From: Rotaria socialis
Lineage: Eukaryota
Direction: 5' to 3'
NCBI GenBank assembly: GCA_905331295.1
Contig: CAJNYD010000423.1
Span: forward strand, 1 to 64,000
Length of the DNA stretch: 64,000 bases
Below the pieces are notes generated by a model. The model did not search any database and had not been told where the DNA came from. It saw only the letters and a program-made list of their open reading frames with translations. The position numbers and the translations under genes are program-made. Position 1 is the stretch's first letter. Each line of letters starts with the position of its first letter. Of this stretch, positions 56,084-64,000 are shown piece after piece.

Positions 56084-57178
56084 ATGTGTTCAAGCAAGAA
56101 TAAAATATTATAAGTAATCGCCGTTTGGGGAGAAAAACAGAAAAGAAAAAGCTTGATGAAATGCCGTTTGAAAAACGATAACTCACTAAAGTAAAAATAA
56201 ATTATTGTACTCTTGTGTTAATGTAAAGAAAAAATACACGAAAACAATGCTCATTCTCTAATGATTGACAAATAAATATAATGTTTGAACGTATGAAGTA
56301 CGGCAAAAACAAAATATGCATCATGTTACAATGCCACAAACGGCATAGTTAAGTGTATCTTCACCAATCAAAATCTGAGTTCTGTTTGGATCAATACTCA
56401 ACATAACTATACTCGTTTCCATGACTATTTGAAGAAAAAATTAACTTAATGTCGCCGATAGTAAACTTATTGAACTATTAATAGTTAACTTTATATTATA
56501 AGCATTGTCTATACAGATAATGCTTCTGGAACAAAAGATAAAGATTTTGAAAGACAGCAGATTCTGACAACTTTACCATACTGATAACAGCAACAGCAGC
56601 ACCACATTCAATTTGATTTTTAAATCAGATCGTTCATAATTAAATCATCTTATATTTATTTTAATTATACACATGATTACCGCAGTAGTTAGGTGACCAA
56701 TAAGTATCTAATTACATTCATACTTGTTCTTCGTGTAGTGAATATCATGTTTAAATTGTTTAAAGAAAATTCTACAAAAAAAAATGCTCGATCCATTTGG
56801 AATCAAATATAAATCTCTATGAAATATCTTCATTGATAATTACACTGACGGCCATCTGAAATTATCGCATTCTCATAACATGACATTTAAGTTTTGAAAC
56901 GAAAAAATAAAGAAGTGATTTTCATTGTTACCCGTTGTACATAACATTTTAGTCACTTACTAGTCTATAAATCTACAAATAAAATTTATTCAATACATTT
57001 CAATGATGAATAAAATATGATTTCGTCAAGTTAGATTTATCAACTAATGATCGTTAAAATTATTTCAACGAAAAATAAACATACAGCTATAGCGAATATT
57101 ATCTATTAGGACTTTTTTTGAATGCATCGTACCTATTGTTAAATCATCGTTGTTTTTCCATTTTCTTCTACTATTGAG

Positions 57179-57990
57179 TAGAGTCCTGCAGGTCAACCTT
57201 GTCCTACCCTACCCTACCCTGCCCTGCAGGGCAGGGTAGGGCAGGGCAGGGCTAGGGTACAAAGCTCGTAGGGCAGGGCAGGGTAAGGTTACAAAAACAA
57301 AATATTTAGGGTATAAGTAGGGTGTAGCTCATACAAATAAAATTTTTCTAGAGTAGAACTTAATATATATTTTTGACATCTTTTTGATCAAAAACAGTGT
57401 AAAGAGTGATATCATAATCTAAATCGAATGGATAGAATAAAAACGAACGGAAAACAATGGCCTATTGTTTAGTACTATTTTATACATGAGCTGACGAGTT
57501 CAGTCACTTTTGATTATTTGTCGAGTAAATGTGCATGTAAATGTAATAAAAAATGTGTTCGAAATCATCTCGACATGAACGTATTTTTAGTACAAACGGG
57601 CGAGTTTTGGAAGAGAGAAGGCAAAATTTAAGTGGTGATGTTGTGAATGATATTTTATTTTTAAGCAACTTTCGAAAAATTTATTAATTTTGTATTTGAT
57701 TCTCGTTGAAAATCAATAAATTATATTGAAACAAAGTGAAGAAAAACTTCATGCTGACTTTTACTTGGACCTGAAACTCAAATGATATGATAGGGTGTAA
57801 AATGAAAAATCTCTGTGATAGGGTAGGGTAAGGGTACAGAGCCCGTAGGGCAGGGTAGGGCAAGGTTACGAAGCTATAGGGCAGGGTAGGGCTAGGGTAA
57901 GAACGTCGTAGGGCAGGGTAGGACAAGGGTACGAAGTTTTACTATAGGGCAGGGTTAGGGTACAAAAAAGTCTTAACCTGCAGGACTCTA
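57179..57990. mobile_element. Intact hAT MITE (812 bp) with GGGCA/GGGTA subterminal arrays
   Basis: TIRs tagagtcctgcaggt / acctgcaggactcta. Perfect 8-bp TSD ctattgag at 57171-57178 and 57991-57998. Confidence 0.93.
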
Positions 57991-59912
57991 CTATTGAGTG
58001 AACGTAGCTAACGTAAGCGTAGGTGCGTTTTTTTTAAATATATCCCATTAACTATGAAATTCAGATTTATTCATCAGAAATGTTTCTAAATGAATTCAAT
58101 GCATTGATTCAAACTAACAAAAATGAAGTTATTATTCCTTTTGATTTTAATCTGTAGCCTTCAGGGTTAAATTGATTAGGACATTACCTTACGAAAAGTT
58201 TCTACCCAAGAATAGAACAACGAAGCACGATAAAAGTATCTTAATACATTTAAATGGTGAATAAGCACATAGTCGTAATTAAAAGTGTAACAGATAAAAC
58301 CAATTGGACCTGGAATTTAAAATTTCGCTAATTTAAAAAGCAAATCAAGCATTCAAAACGACAATTCTCATCATATTTTGAAGCATCATTTATTTTGAAC
58401 CAATTGATTCTATCAGGACAATTAATTGAACGGAATATTCTGAATAAATCCTTATTCGAAATAAAAGACTGAAATAATTCTATAATAAGATAACTGATAA
58501 AAATAGTACTGCATGGATTGCATAAGGAACAGTACAACAGTCAACGTATTTTCATCGTAAACTTTATATCAAAATACAAGACGAAACTAAAATAGACTGT
58601 AAAATGTTATATGAACTAGCTATGTTTGTGAATTCTGTTAGCACGAACCACCGATAGAAAGAATGAGCATCGAACATGAAGATGGAAGACTTCAATCGAA
58701 TGAATCTCGTTAATAAATAACACTTTGAGATATTGTTTTTATATTGAAATATGTGGTATTATCTATTGAGATGTTGACACACAGTCGATGAACAATACTT
58801 CTTTTTTTTATCGAGTTATTGATCATGAAAGATCTTCTATACGGAAAATTTCACAAATCGATAACCATTGGTAATCTTTTGTAAAACACTTTTGTGTCTC
58901 CTCCAACAGCTCTAACCAGTTATGATATTATTAATTGGAAATCGTCGTTAATTTTATTATCATTCTATTTGATTATTTCTGAAACGAAACAAAGCATCAA
59001 TATGATTGTCACATCCATTTTATGTATCAAATCCAACATATTGCAGTTAATTATTAAATAAATAAGTATGTTCAATCTATTATGATCGTTTTAAACCATT
59101 AATTGATATACTTTTAAGTTCATTAAGATATTTCAGGGGGAAATATTCGAGAAAAAAAATTGTCATCTGATTATAACAAACTATTGATCAATCATCAATA
59201 TTGTAAAAACAATGTTAACATAGGATAGCTTTACTCTTATCATTGTTTATTCTCTTTTAGAATATTTTAAACGAGCACAATGTGCTTGGTGTATAATTAA
59301 AATAAATGAATACACATAAACTGCAAAGTGAAATATTTTAAAACTAAACTAAAACGACATCGTGCAGTAAGAAGAAACATGAGAGTTCAGATCAAAATTC
59401 TTATCTGTCATGTAGTGAATGAATTTCTATAATTTAATTTTTAAGTAACTTTTTCACTCACTATGCTTCTACTTGAATAACCTATTGTTTAATGAAGAAA
59501 AAAGACGCTTTATCAGGAGTTTATATGACCTTACATTCATATTCGTGCTATGCCATATCATTTTTATTTTCTTTATTGTTTCAAAGTAAATTAATTGTTT
59601 TTGTTCGACAATCTCCCAATACACCAAAACCTTATACTTTAACCAAATACCCAAATGGATAATGTTCATTATTTTCTTACTTTTACATTCGTCAATGACG
59701 TCGTTCTTGTGTCAAATGTTATTTCTCTGTAGGCACTCTGCTTACGCAGTTAATCATACCATGATTAAAACAGCTATGACTTTTTCCAGTGGTTTATAAA
59801 AGAAATAGCATGAAATATTTTTCTTATATCATTCAGTTATTTCTATCAGTAGGCGAACAACAGTCGATTCACTTTGGAAAGAAAACATACAGCGTTCATA
59901 ATTCTGGGTAAC

Positions 59913-62900
59913 ATGAAGATCCGGCTTCTTTTTCTTCTAGTGATAATCTTCATACAGAACAATATTTCCCTTCAATTTGAAGGTATGTTTATATTTTAGT
60001 TGAAGTTTTTACATTCATTCGTTTTTCACTAGAGGGGAAAGTTGTTATTGATCGTTCTCAACAAAAACCTGAGGCCGATGGTTTTTATCAAATATCAAAT
60101 TATGATTTTAAATGCTTTCGACAATTATCAACATGCTCGTCACATGGATGGTCATTAAGATTTAACTTACGTCTTAATCCATTTCCAATCATTGATCGTG
60201 AACGTAAATCTTTATTATTTAGTACTGGTGCACACGAACCACATGGCGACGGAATATTAATTTATTTGTATCAATCAAAAAATGCTTCTTATCTTGAATT
60301 CGGTTTAAAAGAATTTCGTAACGATGAATTCGCTTATTATTGGCAAATCGAAGTTGATCTAGAAGTTAATAAATGGATTGACGTTTTAACAACAATTGAA
60401 GAGCGTGCGACTGCTAATGGACATCATAATCAAATGAAAATATTTTTTGATGGACAATTTTATAAAGAAACACAAATAGAAAATTATACCGAAGTATTTG
60501 TATTTAAATATGATAATTTTCATCCAAAATTAGCTGTCATTTATGGAAATGATACGGGTTTAGTTACATTTGATGAAATTCTTTATTATGAGAGAATTCT
60601 ATCGGCAGAAGAAATTGCTAATGGTTAGTATTTTGTTTTTGCTTCTGTTTTAAATTGGATTAATATATAAGTTTAGTTTCTACCGATCTTGTTTCAATGG
60701 GGTGTTTAAAGGAGAATGATCGTGTTCATCAATACATGATTCCTGAGCAATGTGACAAATGGCAACAATGTCGAGAAGAATGTCATCATCGAAGAATGAA
60801 GGTTCGTAATTTTCTCGTATTATTTTTGGGATAATTTGACTTATGTATTCGTGTTTTTGTGAATAGATTGCACTTTATTCATTGACAGATGGTCGATGTG
60901 GATGTATATCAAGTTCATTTGAATTAGATTCTTCATTTAAATATGAGAAGAACTTTTGTAAATGTCCTTTACCAACGTTAAAATCAGATGCACAATGTTC
61001 CAATGATGGACAATGGCATGTAATGTCCGTATCGAATGTTATCGAATTGATAGACAGTGAAGTCGGTATGCAATCGTTAAAAATTTATTTATACACAGCT
61101 CACTAGCCTTTTCATACTTGAAAAGAAAATCTTGTCACGATTACTTTTTTCCTCGATAAGGTACACTGATTATCAGTGTATCGAAGAACATTTATGTGAT
61201 TAGGCTCACACCAAACGAATCTTAACCAGCTAATTTATTGAAATCTTATCAAGGAATAACTATTTAGTCTCACGTAAAGGTTGCATCGATGTCGATACTT
61301 AGGTTGATTGTGCTAAATACTCATGATAGTTATGTGTAAAAAACGAAATTCGCACTAATTTCAACAAAACAAAGATTGTTATATAATTAATAAAAATAAA
61401 TGCTTTGTTGCAGGTCTTGAAATTCGTTTGGCTGACTCAAGTTTTCTTGTTCATGGCCGAACGCGAGCACAAATAAATGAAGGTGTTGAAATTATAGTTA
61501 CGGTGAAAAATGAACGAAATCTTGCGTCATTAACTGTTTATGGTGATATTGAAGGTCAAGAAGTTACTAATTCAAGTTCAAGTGAAATTTATATTACTGC
61601 TGGTGTCGTAAGTTATATCATATCATTAATTTTTATTTTTCTCCTAAATAAAATCGATATTATTATTTCCACAAAAAAAACAGGTTAATCTCTCATGGAA
61701 AAATGAAGGTGCAAAGAAAGTTCAATTTCGTGCTGATTATCGCCGAATGGTCAATCATGAAATGGCTGAATATCGTACAGTTTATGTCGATGTTGTTTAT
61801 ATAAAAACTGATTTACCATTACAATTTGTTCATTTTTCACCTGATAATCGGAATGGTCATATGCATCAAAACTTTACTGTACAAACGTTTGGTAAATTAA
61901 TTCATTTTTTTAAAACTTCTTGTTTTTGTTTTGCAAAACGTTTCTTTTTGCTTCTCTCTAGGAAGTGTACCTATCAATTGCACAATTGAGTATGGAGATG
62001 GAAGCCGTCAAATAAATGGTACAAGTCGTCATCAATATTATACAGCTTATTTTGCACGAAATTATACTCGTTATGGACAATATAACATTTCAGCTCGATG
62101 TTATAATGAACGTAGTGCTAATACTACATACTTATTACGAACAGTTCGGCGAGAAAATGTGAATAGAAAAATGATTATTTATAAAGATTTGATGGAATCA
62201 TCAACACCATCGCGATTTAATTTAATATCACGCGAAGATTATTCGTTTCAACATGCAAGTTGTTTACAGTTAAAAAATGCGATTACCAATGACAAAATGA
62301 AATTGATTTGGAGAAAAAAAACATTGGAAGTTATACCAAATGAGGTAATAATTGATATCATCGAACAAGATTTCTAACTTAACTATGTATAAAGCAACAA
62401 ACTTATGAGCAGATCTTCATTAGGGAGACATTGAATTTATTCACATCTAATTGTCAAAGAATTTTTCCATAGAATGTAACGGAAATGATAAAATGTATAA
62501 AGTAAAAATCTGGACTCATTCACCATGTTGAAGAGATCATAACAGACATTCGAGTAATGACATTTCACAGGGCTAAATACTCCCTTGTAAGAAGTCGTTC
62601 TGTTGCATTCTAGACAGCCTCAGGAGCTGTTAATATATGATCAATGTATGTATATCAGTAACGGTCCGGTCTAATATACGAATAAGTTTCTTCTTGAATA
62701 TTGATGATGCTGAAAATGAAAATATAGCCAGACGTAGTGCATGTATATTGAAAGAATAGAAGCATTAGCTAGATGTTTAATAAGAAAAAGCAGTTGGATT
62801 TTGTTTCGCATTTCAGTCCTTAGGTATTTCGTGAATAGATTTTTAGTATGAAGTGAATTGTGTTTGACTTTCGTAAAAAGTTATATCTGTAGAAAGAATT

Positions 62901-64000
62901 ATACTTCCATGAATAAAAGTACATTAAAAGCATAATTTTTTATTTGAGATTCATCCCTGGTTGTTCCCCTATGGAGCTACATACCGTAACAAACCAATGC
63001 TACTAATTTGAAACGTATTAAAAATATTTTTGCATAATAAATAGTAGATCATATGTCATTTATGAATATTTTAAGAGAGAAAAATGGAGTGAACCTGTAT
63101 TTTTTTCTTTCGAATATTTCTTTGTTTATTCATAGAATGTTCTCATTAACTCTTAATGTGATGACTTATCATGTTAAAATTGAAAGCATAAAATTTTTCG
63201 TCTTTTCAGCCATTACCTATTGGCAAACATCTCTATCAACTTGAATGTGATTCTGTTGCATTACAAGCATATTATCTTTATGTTCAACCCGCCATACGTT
63301 CGCTAGACATTGCAGCATCTCAAACAACAATAAAAGCTGGCCAGTCAATACAATATTCGATTACTCTTGAACCTACATTAGATTTAACAATAATATTCGA
63401 TTGTGATACACCAAACACTCCATTGGAAATTATTCATATTCCAAAAATAACTGATGCATCTCCAATTGTTGTTGCTAATTGTACTTATGCACAACCTGGT
63501 CAATATCATCCATTGGTTAGTGCAATCAATCGTATTAATTTAGTAAATCAATCAATACGTATTGATGTTGAAGAACCATTATCACCATTTAAAGTTGATA
63601 TTGAAGATTGTACTGATGTTAATCAATTATCATTAGTTGTTATTCGTGCATTAGAACATATACCATTTGAAGGTTTATTTACTTTAACTATCATTGATAG
63701 AGTGGACGCAAATGTAAAAAATGTAACACGAACTGAAAGCATACAATTATTTCCATCAAATAATTTTACTGAACAATTCTATATGAATATAACAACATAC
63801 GGAAGACAAACATTACATGTACGTGGTGGAGATTATCCAACAATACGTGAAGCACAAACTACATTTACTGTTGGAACAGAGATAACAACAAAACCACAAG
63901 TTTATATTTTAAACCAAATGGCTATTGTCAATGAGGATTTCACTTGGGTTGATGTTCAGTGGATTAATGGTATCGGTTTCGATGTACAAATTGATTTTGG
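59913..64000 (+). CDS. Polycystin-1-like PKD-repeat extracellular protein, 5' part; exons 59913-59982, 60033-60623, 60677-60801, 60867-61065, 61414-61607, 61684-61891, 61962-62344, 63210->64000
   Basis: Signal peptide MKIRLLFLLVIIFIQ. LamG/concanavalin-like segment (FDEILYYERILS). WSC-like Cys pattern (GC...C...C...CGC). PKD motifs CTIEYGDGS, Y..YGQYNI, YAQPGQY..VSAIN, IDFG. All joins are GT-AG and in frame. Confidence 0.8.

Noticed and set aside
57684..57926. Pro/Tyr-rich 80-aa ORF
   Set aside because: It is a translation of the MITE's GGGTA/GGGCA repeats.
58230..59670. Possible decayed coding sequence on the minus strand
   Set aside because: No sustained frame or recognisable domain.
59810..59912. 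Upstream ATG for the PKD gene
   Set aside because: That frame stops after ~33 codons; the ATG at 59913 gives a signal peptide in the spliced frame.

Overview
AT-rich eukaryotic (animal) genomic DNA with many 50-80 bp GT-AG introns, bacterial-type genes and many small DNA-transposon derivatives. This style is most consistent with a bdelloid rotifer (inference). I reconstructed the spliced gene models by hand. In order: a frameshifted bacterial-like Gfo/Idh/MocA oxidoreductase, a peptide-type GPCR, a compact Cdc25, an STYXL1/MK-STYX-like phosphatase with an intact catalytic Cys, an EF-hand nicotinamidase, mitochondrial GrpE, AMMECR1, an uncharacterised gene whose long intron holds a deleted MULE, a B-type muscarinic receptor with a ~830-aa third loop, an intronless Fringe-like glycosyltransferase, a transposon-disrupted O-methyltransferase fragment, a stand-alone dynein microtubule-binding-domain mini-gene, and the 5' part of a polycystin-1-like gene. 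Positions ~49-58 kb form a dense nest of hAT-type elements (three with perfect 8-bp TSDs) plus a solo LTR with a 5-bp TSD. The most notable observations are the free-standing dynein MTBD gene, the catalytically intact STYXL1-like protein, and an operon-like GrpE-AMMECR1-ORF cluster. Family assignments rest on motif recognition, not database searches.
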